From NCBI GenBank assembly GCA_034520565.1, contig JAXHNL010000002.1, positions 800,001 to 864,000 of the forward strand: DNA of 64,000 nt, given 5' to 3'. The notes beneath the pieces are model-generated. The model did not search any database. It saw only the letters and a list, made by a program, of their open reading frames with translations, and had not been told where the DNA came from. Shown in pieces: positions 48,982 to 60,522 of this stretch (positions are counted from its first letter, which is position 1; the number at the start of each line of letters is the position of its first letter). The DNA is from Halodesulfurarchaeum sp. (GTDB lineage: Archaea; Halobacteriota; Halobacteria; Halobacteriales; Halobacteriaceae). Position numbers and translations under genes: made by a program.

Positions 48982-49524
48982 ATGTCTCACATACTCGACT
49001 GGCCGATTTCACACGAGTCTGCCAGTGACGATGCGAGTACCATCGACGTCTCTCGTCGGCGACTGTTGCAGGGTTCCGCTCTCGTGGGTGCCACGGTTCT
49101 CGCCACCGGGACGGCCGCGGCTGAAGACGAGGATGAACCGGGCGGTGAGGGTGGTCGAGGCGGGCAGGCGGTGGTTGCGAAAGAAGACCACTTCGACAAA
49201 TCCTTCGAAATTCTGGAATGGACCGAGCCAATGTCAGTTCCCGATGAGGATGGTGGGACGATTGATCTCCCTTATAGTGTGAGAAAGTTCACTTGTGACC
49301 GACCCGGGGAGGGAATCACTCTGGTTGGCTGGCGCTTCCGATGTTGACGACGATCCGAGTACAATCCCGACGAAGACGATCCGGAGTTCAAAGTGATGTA
49401 TACCCGTGACAATCGAATCGATACGACTGTCAATTACGAATGGTCTTCGGGGGGCCTAACGTGTCCAGAACCCGATGGGACGTATCTTCAGAAGGGATAC
49501 GTCGCCGGCGGGTCACGACAGTAG
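48982..49524 (+). pseudogene. Tat-exported acidic protein interrupted by an in-frame TGA
   Basis: SRRRLLQ...TAAA Tat signal. The TGA at 49345-47 is followed by 58 further sense codons in the same frame (EYNPDEDDPEFKVMYTRD...) up to the TAG at 49524. Confidence 0.6.
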
Positions 49525-49560
49525 CGCCGATTTGACCCACCAGACAGCCCGGAAACGGGA

Positions 49561-50334
49561 CTACCCGTTCACCCGCTTTGCTTCCCGCTCGGTTAGCGTT
49601 CGGAACGCCCGGAGCAAGCCGAGAATTCCGACTGTCAGTGTTGCAGGGACCAGCCCGGACGTAACATAAAAGATCAGTACGCCGGTCGATTTCACCGCGG
49701 TGACGACGATCGTCCCCAGTTTCCAGCCGAGATACCCGGCCAAGGTGTTTTTGTTCGCCTGCGAGTCACCGAAGCGATCCTTGATGTTTCGGGATTCCAC
49801 TCCCGCGCCGGTAATGAGAAGCCACGCGAGAAAGGGGAACAGCAGAACCTGATCGAGGCGCTGTCCAGTGGAAATGACGACTGTGAAAACGATCACAAAC
49901 GCCCAGGTCGCCCCGACCGCAACCGAGTCGAAGGTTGGCTGTCGTTTGAGGCGATTATAGAGCCCAAGGACGACCAACGGAAGTTGCCCGGCGGCGATGT
50001 ACCACAGTCCCGCACTCGGGTTTCGTGCCACGAGCCATCCCAACAGTGTCTCGTAGCCGAGCAGGGCGAGGAGACCCGTAACAAGAAGTTCTCGCTGATA
50101 CCGCCGGACCAACGTCGTCCGGTATGGGTGGTTGTAGACGTCCTCCGGTTCGACGACGCGACGTTCCTCGACGTACACGAAATAGACAAGGAGCGGTGCC
50201 AAAAAGAACCCGAGACCCGGAGAGAGCGGCGGCTGGGAGAGGGCCATCGCCGTCACAACCACCATGAGAACGGCGGTGAATGCGAGCCAAATGTTCAATT
50301 GAAAGAAAAGTGACTTTGTTTCGACGAGATCCAT
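49561..50334 (-). CDS. UbiA prenyltransferase-like membrane protein
   Basis: Multi-TM with EDVYNHPYR and NIKDRFGD...NTL. The first Asp-rich motif is degenerate. Confidence 0.65.
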   Translation of the reverse strand: MDLVETKSLFFQLNIWLAFTAVLMVVVTAMALSQPPLSPGLGFFLAPLLVYFVYVEERRVVEPEDVYNHPYRTTLVRRYQRELLVTGLLALLGYETLLGWLVARNPSAGLWYIAAGQLPLVVLGLYNRLKRQPTFDSVAVGATWAFVIVFTVVISTGQRLDQVLLFPFLAWLLITGAGVESRNIKDRFGDSQANKNTLAGYLGWKLGTIVVTAVKSTGVLIFYVTSGLVPATLTVGILGLLRAFRTLTEREAKRVNG

Positions 50335-50414
50335 ATCCCAGTCGTGTATTGTCGTATTCCGTCATAGTAGCTCCGACCGATCATAGCTGGGTGACCGCCC
50401 GTTCGGTATCCCTT

Positions 50415-52070
50415 CTAGCCGGCTCTTTGCAACCGGATTTCGATCCGGGTCCCGTCTTCGGTCTCTTCGACGTGGAAATCGCCGCCCGACCGAGAGACGA
50501 TCCATTGAACCAACCACAGACCGATCCCGGAACTGTGTTCGAGGTCGGTCTCTTCGCCAGACTGGAGCACTTCGATTTCCTCGCTCGGGAGGCCGGGGCC
50601 GTTGTCTTCGATGAGAAGTGTCACGGATGTCTCGGTGAGCTCGGTGGTCAGTGACACTTCCGGGGTGCCGGGACCCGCATAATGGGTCACCGCATTGTCG
50701 ATCAACTCCCGGATCGCGAGTCGGAAATCCGGATGAACGAGGACTTCGGCGTCCGTAACATCGGCCGAAATCCACGTCGTTTCGGCCCCTTCGAACCCGT
50801 CCCTGGCGTCGGCGATCAACTCCCGTAGTGACCGGGTGACGGTCGTTTCGTTTCCGATTACCGCTTCGATCTGCTGGGCCTTTTCCGAATGTTCCACGAC
50901 GTCCAGGGCCGTGTCGCCGATTTTCTCCGCCCAGTCGTCGATTTCGTCGTTCGTCGTCGTTTCCCGGATGAATTCGGTGTACCCGGCGATCACGTTGAGA
51001 TCGTTCCGGATGTTGTGTCGGAGGATTCGCGAGAGGATCTGTTTGAGCAGGTCTAACTCCTCTTCGCGTTCCTTCAGCGCGGTAATCTCGTTGAAGACGA
51101 CCAGCCGCCCGTCGAGACCCCGTCCGTATTCGATCGGGGCCGATCGCCTCGCGAACACGTGTTCTTTGTCTTCGGTTCGGACGCGGATGACCTGTTCATC
51201 ATCGTCCTTCGTGACGGCTTGATTCAGGAAGAGCGATTCGATCGGTTGTCCGAGTATCGCCTCACCGAAGACCGTCCTGGCCGCCGTGTTGCTATCGACA
51301 ATCACGTCGCGTGGGTCGAGGACGAAAATCGCATCCGTAACTTCTTCGAAGGTCTGGTCACGGGCGATCGGTCCGAGTTTCAGGAGTCCACCACGGTGAA
51401 TCGATGCCGCAAAGAACAGTCCTGACAGGGCGAAGACCGCCGGGGTCGGATCGAAGTAAACCGGGACCTGTCCGGTTACCTTGATGATCGTTGCCGCGAC
51501 CATCGACGACAGAAACGCGAGGATGTACAGGGCCTGACGACGGTGTGTCCCCGTGGATTGTATCGTGTCACCCACTAACATCCCCGCGGCAAACATGACG
51601 AGGAGATACCCATAGACCTTGACGATGGCGACCTTGACCGGCCCGCCCAGATTTGGGAAGGAAAGAAACCCGTTCGGATCGACCGTATACGCCTCGGTAA
51701 ACACCAGGTTCGCGGGATTGAACCACGACAATACGAACAGTGCCACCACGGGTGCGAACAGGAGCAGCGCAACCCGACTCGTGACCGTCTTTTTGAACAC
51801 GAACTCGTACGCGCCGAAAAACACGCTGACCGATGCCGCCGGGATAAGTGGCCAGAAGAAATTCCCGAGGGCCAGGGTCACCCCCGAATGTGAGACGTGG
51901 GTCATGGTCGCATAGATCGCCGCCCAGGCCCCACCGATGGCCATCGCCAGGATGAACCAGATGACACTCGGTCTCCTTCGTTCATCCCAGAGCAGAGAAA
52001 TATTCGCAATGGCTGGAACTATCCCCAGGTACATGAGAACCACCGCGAGTTGGGGAGTAAGCCATTCCAT
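50415..52070 (-). CDS. Sensor histidine kinase (7TM N-terminus, PAS, HATPase)
   Basis: N-terminal TM bundle, RILRHNIRNDL, ELIDNAVTH, DNGPG and GIGLW. Confidence 0.9.
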   Translation of the reverse strand: MEWLTPQLAVVLMYLGIVPAIANISLLWDERRRPSVIWFILAMAIGGAWAAIYATMTHVSHSGVTLALGNFFWPLIPAASVSVFFGAYEFVFKKTVTSRVALLLFAPVVALFVLSWFNPANLVFTEAYTVDPNGFLSFPNLGGPVKVAIVKVYGYLLVMFAAGMLVGDTIQSTGTHRRQALYILAFLSSMVAATIIKVTGQVPVYFDPTPAVFALSGLFFAASIHRGGLLKLGPIARDQTFEEVTDAIFVLDPRDVIVDSNTAARTVFGEAILGQPIESLFLNQAVTKDDDEQVIRVRTEDKEHVFARRSAPIEYGRGLDGRLVVFNEITALKEREEELDLLKQILSRILRHNIRNDLNVIAGYTEFIRETTTNDEIDDWAEKIGDTALDVVEHSEKAQQIEAVIGNETTVTRSLRELIADARDGFEGAETTWISADVTDAEVLVHPDFRLAIRELIDNAVTHYAGPGTPEVSLTTELTETSVTLLIEDNGPGLPSEEIEVLQSGEETDLEHSSGIGLWLVQWIVSRSGGDFHVEETEDGTRIEIRLQRAG

Positions 52071-52265
52071 CGATACCGACTGGTTCGTTCGACTTGAGTG
52101 GGTTTAGACGTTTGGATACACCCGATTTCGTTCGAGTGGTGCCCACGTCAGTTCTCCAGCAGTCAGCGTGGGTGTCGACCGGTCACGCGTTGGGTGGGCA
52201 GTTTCCCACGGGGACGTCTCCGGCGTGGTAACGGTTTTAAGGCGATCCCCCCGATACCACTCGGT

Positions 52266-53198
52266 ATGCCTGGATTCGACGAGATGGACGTCGAGACGAT
52301 CTGGATGGACGGCGACTACGTGGACTGGGAGGACGCCACCGTCCACGTCCTCACCCACGCGTTGCACTACGGGACCGGGATTTTCGAGGGCGCGCGAGCC
52401 TACGACACCGAGGAGGGGACCGCGATCTTCCGCTGGGACGCCCACCTCGACCGCCTCTTCGACTCCGCGAAGCCCTACGAACTGGACATCCCCTTCTCCC
52501 GTGAGGAACTGACCGAAGCGACCCTCGAACTGCTCCGCCGGAACGACCTCGAATCGGCCTACATTCGCCCGCTGGTCTTTTACGGCTATCACAGCCTCGG
52601 GGTGAGTCCGGCGGACTGCCCGACGAAGACGATGATCGCCACGTGGCCGTGGGGGACCTACCTCGGCGAGGAAGCCCTGCAGGAGGGCGTGGAGGTGACC
52701 GTCTCCTCGTGGCGAAAGCACGCCTCGAGTCAGGTCCCGACCAACGTCAAGACGACCGGCCTGTACGTCAATAGCATGCTCGCGGGCGAGGAGGCCCGAA
52801 AACAGGGCGCGACCGAGGCGATCCTGCTCAACAAGGAAGGTGACGTGGCGGAGGGCCCCGGGGAGAACATCTTCCTCGTCCGGGACGGGGAGATCTTCAC
52901 GCCCGGCCTCTCCGAGAGCATTCTGGAGGGGATCACTCGTGAGACGGTCATCACGCTGGCCGAGGAGCGGGGGTACACCGTCCACGACGACGCCTCGATC
53001 AGTCGGGGCGAACTCTACACGGCCGAGGAACTCTTCTTCACGGGATCCGCCGCGGAAGTCACGCCCATTAGTCAGGTGGACAACGTCGAGATCGGCACGG
53101 GCTCACGAGGACCAGTCACCGAGGAACTCCAGCAGGCCTATTTCGACCTGACCGAGCGGGTCCTCGACGACCACGAAGAGTGGTTCACCTTCGTCTGA
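52266..53198 (+). CDS. ilvE: Branched-chain amino acid aminotransferase
   Basis: HALHYGTGIFEG, YIRP, EGPGENIF, LEGITR and FFTGSAAE. TTTTAA lies 26 nt upstream. Confidence 0.95.
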   Translation: MPGFDEMDVETIWMDGDYVDWEDATVHVLTHALHYGTGIFEGARAYDTEEGTAIFRWDAHLDRLFDSAKPYELDIPFSREELTEATLELLRRNDLESAYIRPLVFYGYHSLGVSPADCPTKTMIATWPWGTYLGEEALQEGVEVTVSSWRKHASSQVPTNVKTTGLYVNSMLAGEEARKQGATEAILLNKEGDVAEGPGENIFLVRDGEIFTPGLSESILEGITRETVITLAEERGYTVHDDASISRGELYTAEELFFTGSAAEVTPISQVDNVEIGTGSRGPVTEELQQAYFDLTERVLDDHEEWFTFV

Positions 53199-53235
53199 AA
53201 CCGGGGGCGAACCTGGTCGAGTCGCTTCTTCGTCT

Positions 53236-53904
53236 TCAGACGGCGTCCGGTTCGACGTCCTCGTCACCGGGCGAGTCGGCCTCGTCGCCGGCTTCTGCAT
53301 CGTCGCCGCCGGCCGACCCATCGCTTTCGAGAAACGACGCGGCGAGTTCCTTCTTCTCGTTCTCGCCGAATCCGGCCGAGAGAACCCTGGTCAGGGCCTC
53401 CTCGACGCTCTCGTCGATCTCGTCGTAGTCGTCGGATTCGAGTTCCACGACGTACCCGGTCGTGATGTTCGGCGAGGTCGGGAGAAAGAGAATGTCACGG
53501 CCGTCTTCGGTCTGTTTGCCCGTCTTGAACGCCGTCATGCGCATGCCTTCCCAGGCTTCGACCCGCACGGGGGCCTGAAGGTCGCCGGTTCCGGTCAGCG
53601 CCGTTTCGACGCCCATCTTCGAGGCGTTGTAGATGATCCGCAATCCGGGGAGCCGGTTGAACAACTGGTCGATGTACCCCTCGAGGATGGAGCCGAGGGC
53701 CGTTCGCATCAGGTAGCCAACGGCCATGACCAGGAGGGCAAAGACGAGGAGGGTCAACAGGGCACTCGCCATCGGCCCGAGCGGTTCCGTGACCGGGGTG
53801 ATACCGGCGAGCTGGGACAGCAGCCAGTAGACCACGTACACGGTCACGAGTATGGGGAGGAGGACCACCAGGCCACTCGCGAAGTCCCGTTTCCAGGTCG
53901 CCAT
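53236..53904 (-). CDS. DUF502 membrane protein
   Basis: FASGLVVLLP...RLPGLRIIY...FLPTSPNITTG. Confidence 0.85.
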   Translation of the reverse strand: MATWKRDFASGLVVLLPILVTVYVVYWLLSQLAGITPVTEPLGPMASALLTLLVFALLVMAVGYLMRTALGSILEGYIDQLFNRLPGLRIIYNASKMGVETALTGTGDLQAPVRVEAWEGMRMTAFKTGKQTEDGRDILFLPTSPNITTGYVVELESDDYDEIDESVEEALTRVLSAGFGENEKKELAASFLESDGSAGGDDAEAGDEADSPGDEDVEPDAV

Positions 53905-54050
53905 GACCGGACTTCGGCCGGACCCACCAAGAGAACTGTGCTTTCGGCCGGATCCTCGGCCATTGGGGGCTGGGCCGGGGAGCGGGGCTCTCCGGACACC
54001 CGGAACTCGATTCGGACGGGTTTTTGTCGGTCCCCCGCCCATCGACGGGT

Positions 54051-54596
54051 ATGGACCTGGTAGTGCTGGTGGCGACGGCGTTTTGGGCGATGCTGCCCGC
54101 CTACGTCCCGAACAATGCGGCGGTGCTCGGGGGCGGCGGCCGCCCCATCGACGGTGGCCGGGTCTGGGGCGGATCGCGCCTACTCGGGGACGGGAAGACC
54201 TGGCGCGGAACCGCCGTCGGGATCGGTGCGGGAATCGCCGTCGGACTCCTTCTCGGGATCGTTCGGGAACCCGTGAGCGGGCTACTGGGGACGCCCCTCC
54301 CGGCGTTTTCGATGGGCGCGCTCGTGGCGTTGCCGACCGGGGCGATGGTGGGGGACGTCGCCGCCTCGTTTCTCAAACGTCGGACGGGTCGGACCCGTGG
54401 AACGCCGTTTCCGGGCGTCGACCAGCTGGATTTCGTCGTCGGGGCCCTAACACTTGCGGCACTCGTCGATCCGTCGTGGTTCGGAACGGTCTTCACCGTC
54501 CCGGTGATCGCGGTCGTGGTGGTGTTGACGCCGGTGTTGCACGTCGTGACGAACGCCATCGCCTATTGGCTCGGGCTGAAAGACGAGCCATGGTGA
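54051..54596 (+). CDS. carS: CDP-archaeol synthase
   Basis: PAYVPN, PIDGG, GDGKTWRG, GD..ASFLKRR, DQLDF and KDEPW. Confidence 0.93.
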   Translation: MDLVVLVATAFWAMLPAYVPNNAAVLGGGGRPIDGGRVWGGSRLLGDGKTWRGTAVGIGAGIAVGLLLGIVREPVSGLLGTPLPAFSMGALVALPTGAMVGDVAASFLKRRTGRTRGTPFPGVDQLDFVVGALTLAALVDPSWFGTVFTVPVIAVVVVLTPVLHVVTNAIAYWLGLKDEPW

Positions 54597-54690
54597 GTTG
54601 GGCGAGCTGCGACTGGAAGCAAACGGGAACGAGTTTGCCGGCTGGCGAAAGGACGAACCGCTTATTCGCTTCCCACGCACACCCTGAACC

Positions 54691-55212
54691 ATGACCGAGC
54701 AGATCGTGGCAGCCCTTCGAAAGGCTGACGCCGTCCGGTACGGTGAATTCGAACTCTCACACGGCGGGACGAGTTCCTACTACGTCGATAAGTACCGCTT
54801 CGAGACCGACCCACGGGCCCTCGAAACCGTCGCCGAAGCGTTCAAGGACCGAGTGGGCACTGCGACGCTTGCTGGAGTCGCGCTGGGAGCCGTCCCGCTC
54901 GTGACTGCGACCGGCCTTGCGACGGGCAACCCATACGTGATCGTGCGCAAACAGACGAAAGGCTACGGCACGGGCAACCGGATCGAGGGACGACTCCCCG
55001 AAGACGAGCCGGTCGTCGTCCTCGAGGACGTGGCGACCACTGGCAAGAGCGCCCTTTCGGCTGTGGAGGCCCTCCGCGAGGCCGGCGCCCGGGTCGACCG
55101 GGTCCTCGTGGTCGTGGACCGGGAGGAGGGCGCGAAAGAACTGTTGGCCGATCACGAGGTAACTCTCGAATCCCTCATCACCGCGACCGACCTGCTCGAG
55201 GACCAGCAGTAG
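54691..55212 (+). CDS. pyrE: Orotate phosphoribosyltransferase
   Basis: [21 protein letters not shown] and [10 protein letters not shown]. Confidence 0.93.
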   Translation: MTEQIVAALRKADAVRYGEFELSHGGTSSYYVDKYRFETDPRALETVAEAFKDRVGTATLAGVALGAVPLVTATGLATGNPYVIVRKQTKGYGTGNRIEGRLPEDEPVVVLEDVATTGKSALSAVEALREAGARVDRVLVVVDREEGAKELLADHEVTLESLITATDLLEDQQ

Positions 55213-55295
55213 GTACGACGGCGGGCAGTCGTGCCGGTCCGAGACGCGGATCGCACCCGAGATATTCATGGTTGTGGAACAATGCATACTGAAAC

Positions 55296-56009
55296 ATGAA
55301 CCGAGCCGAGAAAGCGACGCTCCAGCTTCGGGCGCTCTCGGTCCTGCGCTCGCTGAAGGAAACCCGGACCTACGACGAACTCGCCGCGGAAACTGGGCTT
55401 CCGGCGGGTGATCTCAACCGCTACGTCAACGGACACGTCCTCCCGGGTGTGACTCGGGCGCGTCGGATCGTGGGGGAGTTCGGCCGCGAGGCCGTCGAAA
55501 CTGAACTCGCCGAGCGGGTCGAGCGAGACGCGGACGGCTACGTCGACAACTCCGCGATCGTCTTCGACCAGCCGCTACTCGACCTGGTCGGCCCGATCGT
55601 CGCCGAAGCCTTCGACTTCGAGCGCCCGGACGTGGTCCTGACCGCCGCGACGGACGGGATTACGCTTGCAGCGTCCCTCGCCAGCCATTACGGGGCCCGG
55701 TGTGTGTACGCGAAGAAGTCAAAGGAGACGGCCGTCGAGGACTTCATCGAGGCGCGAAACCGGCTCGAGTCGGGCATCGAGATCACGTATTACCTCCCGT
55801 CCTCGGCGGTCGATAGCGGCGACGCGGTCCTGGTCGTCGACGACCTGATCCGCTCGGGTGAGACCCAGGAACTCCTCCTCGACGTGGTCGAAACCGCCGG
55901 GGCGAGGGCGGTCGGCGTGTTTACCCTCATCGCGGTCGGCGAGGACGGCGTCGAGCGAGCGCGGGCGCACACGGACGCCCCGGTCGAAACGCTGGTCGAA
56001 CTGGATTGA
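55296..56009 (+). CDS. HTH + purine phosphoribosyltransferase-family protein
   Basis: N-terminal HTH (TYDELAAETGLPAGDLNRYVNG) and PRPP motif VVDDLIRSGET. Confidence 0.85.
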   Translation: MNRAEKATLQLRALSVLRSLKETRTYDELAAETGLPAGDLNRYVNGHVLPGVTRARRIVGEFGREAVETELAERVERDADGYVDNSAIVFDQPLLDLVGPIVAEAFDFERPDVVLTAATDGITLAASLASHYGARCVYAKKSKETAVEDFIEARNRLESGIEITYYLPSSAVDSGDAVLVVDDLIRSGETQELLLDVVETAGARAVGVFTLIAVGEDGVERARAHTDAPVETLVELD

Positions 56010-56126
56010 GCGGCTGGTGGCACGTCGCTTGGAACTCGGTCCCCCGTGCGGGTTCGTTTCTGGAGATCCCCTCATTCGTGCATAATAATCGTTAAGTGAT
56101 CCCGAAAATCATGCTCGAACGTGGAT

Positions 56127-57563
56127 ATGGGCGTCACAGAAACACTGTCCCGATACTTCGACCTCGAGGAGCGGGGGACGAACCTCCGCACCGAGACACT
56201 CGCCGGGCTGACAACCTTCCTGACGATGAGTTACATCATCATCGTCAACCCGGCGCTTTTGAGCATCGTCATCTCCCCGGAGGGGGTTTCGGACGTTCGG
56301 GTGTTCCAGATGTTGGCCGTCGTGACCATTCTGGCCTCGGTGGCCGGGATGCTCGTGATGGCCTTCTACGCGGACCTCCCGTTCGGGCTCGCCCCGGGGA
56401 TGGGATTGAACGCGTTCTTCGTCGCGGTCGTCCTCTCGCCAACCCTGAACATCACGTGGCAGACGGCCCTCGCGGCGGTGTTCGTGGAGGGGCTCGTCTT
56501 CATTGGCCTGACGCTGGTGGGCGCCCGCGAGTACGTAATTAACCTGTTTCCCGAACCCGTCAAGCTCGGTGTCGGTGCGGGGATCGGGTTGTTCCTCGCG
56601 GCGATCGGCCTCCAGTTCATGCGGATCATCGCGATCGACCCGGACGAGATGGTTACCCTGAGTCCCGTGCTTGCACAGGACCCGGTCGCGATAATCTCGG
56701 TCCTCGGAATCTTGCTCACGTTTTATCTCTACGTTCGGGGGGTGCGGGGGTCGATCGTCCTCGGCATCATTGTGACGGGAATCATGGGCTATTTCGCCGG
56801 CGCTCTGGGGCTTCAACCGTACGGTGGCGGCCTCCCGAAGGACGGGCAGATCCTGGCCCCGAACGTGACCCTCGCTCCCGGCATCGATCAGATCACGTAC
56901 GGCATGTCCGCGTACGACATCTCGCCGCTGGTGGGTGCATTCATCGAGGGCATCCAGGGCGTCGAGGCCATCACGTTCGCCTTCGTCGTCTTCACGTTCT
57001 TCTTCGTGGACTTCTTCGACACGGCGGGAACGTTGACGGGACTCGGTCAGGAGGCCGGCTTCCTCGACGAGGACGGCGATTTCCCCGAGATGAACAAACC
57101 GCTGATGGCCGACGCCGTCGGGACGACTGTCGGTGCCGTGATCGGCACCTCGACGGTCACGACGTTCATCGAGTCGGCGACGGGCATCGAGGAGGGCGGT
57201 CGGACTGGACTCACCGCGCTCGTCATCGCACTGCTCTTCCTGCTCGCGCTGGTGTTCGTCCCGCTGGTGAGTGCGATTCCATCGTTTGCTCCATACGTCG
57301 CGCTGGTCATCGTCGCGGTCTTCATGGTCCGGAACGTCACCGACATCCAGTGGGGGGACCCGGCCCACGCCATTCCGGCGACGCTCACCATCGCGTTGAT
57401 GCCGCTCACGAGTTCGATCGCCACGGGGATCGCCGCCGGCCTGTTGAGTTATCCGATCGCCAAGGCCGCACAGGGTGAAATGCGGGACGTGCGACTGGGG
57501 CAGTGGGTGCTCGCGGCCCTGGTCGTCCTGTACTACTTCGTCCGCACGAACGCGCTGGTCTGA
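56127..57563 (+). CDS. NCS2/AzgA-family purine permease
   Basis: TETLAGLTTFLTMSYII, APGMGLNAFF, DFFDTAGT and ESATGIEEGGRTGL. Confidence 0.92.
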   Translation: MGVTETLSRYFDLEERGTNLRTETLAGLTTFLTMSYIIIVNPALLSIVISPEGVSDVRVFQMLAVVTILASVAGMLVMAFYADLPFGLAPGMGLNAFFVAVVLSPTLNITWQTALAAVFVEGLVFIGLTLVGAREYVINLFPEPVKLGVGAGIGLFLAAIGLQFMRIIAIDPDEMVTLSPVLAQDPVAIISVLGILLTFYLYVRGVRGSIVLGIIVTGIMGYFAGALGLQPYGGGLPKDGQILAPNVTLAPGIDQITYGMSAYDISPLVGAFIEGIQGVEAITFAFVVFTFFFVDFFDTAGTLTGLGQEAGFLDEDGDFPEMNKPLMADAVGTTVGAVIGTSTVTTFIESATGIEEGGRTGLTALVIALLFLLALVFVPLVSAIPSFAPYVALVIVAVFMVRNVTDIQWGDPAHAIPATLTIALMPLTSSIATGIAAGLLSYPIAKAAQGEMRDVRLGQWVLAALVVLYYFVRTNALV

Positions 57564-57624
57564 TCGCGCCCGGTTTTTCGCGTTCGAACGAGGCTTTAAC
57601 CCCTCGCGGCTCTGCCATGCTGAT

Positions 57625-58509
57625 ATGCTGGATCGGGTGCTGGGGCGGGCCGCCCTCAAGGAGCGGATCGAGTCCCTCGAGGAGGCGGCTGCCTCCCTCG
57701 AGGCCCAACTCGAGTCCGCCCAGGAACGCCGGAAAGAAGCGGTCAGGAACCGACAGGAGGCAGAGCGCGAAGTCAACCGCCTCGAGGACCGGGTCACCGA
57801 ACTCGAAGACCGCGTTGAGCGGGCCGAATCCGGAAGCCGGGACGTCGAGTTCCGGGGAAAGACGACCCTGCGTGGCGACCGTCTCGAGGCGGTCCTCTCC
57901 CGACTCGAATCGCTCCGGACCGAGCAGGAAGGGGCCATGACGGCGATGGTCACGGGGAGCGTTCCGGACCCCGTTCGGGACCTGTTGGGGGATCGATCCG
58001 CCCTCGTTTCGCGAGCCGCGCCGGCCCTCGTCCTTGCCGACGACGCGGAACTGGTGACCGTGGCACTGCGGCCGCCCGCACCACCGGAACCGTTTCTCGA
58101 ATTCGGCCCCGCCTTTCGGATCGACCGGGCGTGGTTCCAGCCACGCGGGCGATATACGTTGGCCCTCGTTCGCTCGGATCTGTTCGCGATGGGAACCTAC
58201 GAGGACGGGCACCGGGTGTCCTTTGCGGGGTTTGAGAGCGACGTGAAGGGCGATCACTCGAAGGGCGGCTTTTCCCAGGCGCGCTTCGAGCGCCGCCGAG
58301 ACCAGCAGATCGATGACCACCTGGATCGGGTCTCCGAGGCACTGACGGACGCGGGGGAGACGCGTTACGTCGTCGGCGAATCGACCCTCTTGCCCGAGTT
58401 CGCGGCCGAAGCGACGGTCACGAAGCCCGTCGACGCCACCGGTTCGCCCCGCGAAGCTCTCGAAGACGCCCACGATCGGTTCTGGCGGACGAAGTTCTAT
58501 CGACTGTGA
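57625..58509 (+). CDS. Vms1/aeRF1-like (VLRF1) peptidyl-tRNA hydrolase family protein
   Basis: N-terminal coiled coil and HSKGGFSQARFERRR. Confidence 0.8.
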   Translation: MLDRVLGRAALKERIESLEEAAASLEAQLESAQERRKEAVRNRQEAEREVNRLEDRVTELEDRVERAESGSRDVEFRGKTTLRGDRLEAVLSRLESLRTEQEGAMTAMVTGSVPDPVRDLLGDRSALVSRAAPALVLADDAELVTVALRPPAPPEPFLEFGPAFRIDRAWFQPRGRYTLALVRSDLFAMGTYEDGHRVSFAGFESDVKGDHSKGGFSQARFERRRDQQIDDHLDRVSEALTDAGETRYVVGESTLLPEFAAEATVTKPVDATGSPREALEDAHDRFWRTKFYRL

Positions 58510-58590
58510 GTTTCAGCGGGACTTCCGGTCCCGTCAGTTTCCGGACCGGCCTCAATACACTTATGGGGGAAACACCTCCTACCACGCCCC

Positions 58591-60522
58591 ATGAGCACGG
58601 TCACGGTAACCCTTCCCGACGGTTCCGAACTCGCGGTCGAGTCCGGGGCCACGATCGAGGACGTCGCATACGAGATCGGTCCGGGTCTCGGGAGCGACAC
58701 AGTCGCCGGGAAGGTCGACGGCGAGTTGGTGGCAAAGGAGACGCCGATCGAGGACGACGTCGCGGTGGAGATCGTGACCGAGGGGAGCGAGGAGTACCTC
58801 GAGGTGCTCCGCCACACGGCCTCACACGTCTTCGCCCAGGCCCTGCAGCGCCTGTATCCGGAGGCGAAACTGGCCATCGGGCCGTCGACCGACGAGGGAT
58901 TTTACTACGACGTCGACGGCGTCGACCTCGACCAGGACGACCTCGAGGCGATCCAGGCCGAGATGGACGCGATCATCGGGGCGGATTACGACGTCGAGCG
59001 GCGGGAACTCTCGCGGGAGGAGGCCCTGGAATTCTACGGGGACAATCCCTACAAGCAGGAAATCCTCGAGGACGAGGCTGCGGGCGAGGGCCCGATTTCC
59101 TTCTACCGACAGGACGACTGGCAGGACCTCTGCAAGGGGCCACACGTGGAATCCACCAGCGAGGTCGGGGCAATCGCCCTCATCAACGTTTCCGCCGCGT
59201 ACTGGCGCGGGGACGAGAACCGGGAGACGCTGACGCGGATCTACGGGACCGCCTTCCCCACCGAGGAGGAACTCGAGGACTACCTCGAGAAGCGCGAGCA
59301 GGCAAAGGAGCGGGACCATCGCCGGCTCGGCACCGAACTCGAACTGTTCTCGATCCCCGACGTGACGGGCCCGGGGCTCCCGCTCTATCATCCGAACGGC
59401 AAGACGGTCCTCCGGGAACTCGAGCGGTTCGTGACCGAGATGAACCTCGAGGAGGGGTATGACTACACCGAGACCCCGCATCTCTTCCGGACCGAACTCT
59501 GGAAGCAGTCCGGGCACTACGACAACTACGTCGACGACATGTTCCTCCTCGAGGTCAACGACGAGGAGTACGGCCTCAAGCCGATGAACTGCCCGGGACA
59601 TGCGATGATCTTCGACCAGACGACCTGGAGCTACCGCGACCTGCCCGTGCGCTACGCCGAGGACGGCAAGGTGTATCGCAAGGAACAGCGCGGGGAACTC
59701 TCCGGGCTCTCCCGCGTCTGGGCCTTCACCATCGACGACGGGCACCTCTTCGTCCGGCCCGACCAGATCGAGGCGGAAGTCGCGACCATCGTCGACATGA
59801 TCTTCGCGGTGCTGGAAACGTTCGACCTCGAGGCCGAGGTGGCACTTGCCACGCGACCCGAGAAGTCCGTCGGCAGCGACGAGATCTGGGAGACCGCCGA
59901 GAACCAGCTCCGGGACGTGCTCGAAGATCTGGGCCTGGAATACGATCTCGAGGAGGGCGACGGTGCCTTCTACGGGCCGAAGATCGACTTCGCCTTCGAG
60001 GACGCTTTGGGGCGGACCTGGGACGGGCCGACGGTCCAACTGGACTTCAACATGCCCGAGCGCTTCGATCTGACCTACACCGGAGCCGACAACGAGGACC
60101 ACCGGCCGGTCATGATCCACCGGGCGCTCTACGGCAGTTACGAGCGCTTTTTCATGGTGCTCATCGAGCACTTCGACGGCAAGTTCCCGCTCTGGCTCGC
60201 CCCCGAGCAGGTTCGTATCCTCCCCGTTTCGGACGACAACCTCGAGTACGCCCGCTCGGTCGCCGACGAACTCGCCACCCGGGACTTCCGGGTCGAGGTC
60301 GAGGACCGGGACTGGACGGTCGGGAAGAAGATCCAGCAGACCCACGAGGACCGTGTGCCCTATATGCTGGTTCTCGGGGACAACGAGGAGGAGGCCGGTG
60401 ACATCTCGGTGCGCGATCGCGAGGAGCGGGAGCGCAAGGAGGTCGAACTCGATTCCTTCCTCGAACACCTCGAGGGCGAACGCGAGGAAAAGCGGATCAA
60501 ACCGGACTTCCTGGCGGGGTAA
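58591..60522 (+). CDS. thrS: Threonine--tRNA ligase (bacterial-type)
   Basis: TGS domain, [27 protein letters not shown] and [11 protein letters not shown]. Confidence 0.97.
   Translation: MSTVTVTLPDGSELAVESGATIEDVAYEIGPGLGSDTVAGKVDGELVAKETPIEDDVAVEIVTEGSEEYLEVLRHTASHVFAQALQRLYPEAKLAIGPSTDEGFYYDVDGVDLDQDDLEAIQAEMDAIIGADYDVERRELSREEALEFYGDNPYKQEILEDEAAGEGPISFYRQDDWQDLCKGPHVESTSEVGAIALINVSAAYWRGDENRETLTRIYGTAFPTEEELEDYLEKREQAKERDHRRLGTELELFSIPDVTGPGLPLYHPNGKTVLRELERFVTEMNLEEGYDYTETPHLFRTELWKQSGHYDNYVDDMFLLEVNDEEYGLKPMNCPGHAMIFDQTTWSYRDLPVRYAEDGKVYRKEQRGELSGLSRVWAFTIDDGHLFVRPDQIEAEVATIVDMIFAVLETFDLEAEVALATRPEKSVGSDEIWETAENQLRDVLEDLGLEYDLEEGDGAFYGPKIDFAFEDALGRTWDGPTVQLDFNMPERFDLTYTGADNEDHRPVMIHRALYGSYERFFMVLIEHFDGKFPLWLAPEQVRILPVSDDNLEYARSVADELATRDFRVEVEDRDWTVGKKIQQTHEDRVPYMLVLGDNEEEAGDISVRDREERERKEVELDSFLEHLEGEREEKRIKPDFLAG

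Noticed and set aside
49345-49347. In-frame TGA after Cys read as selenocysteine
   Set aside because: Halobacteria are not known to use Sec, I saw no SECIS-like element, and a local double deletion explains the sequence better.
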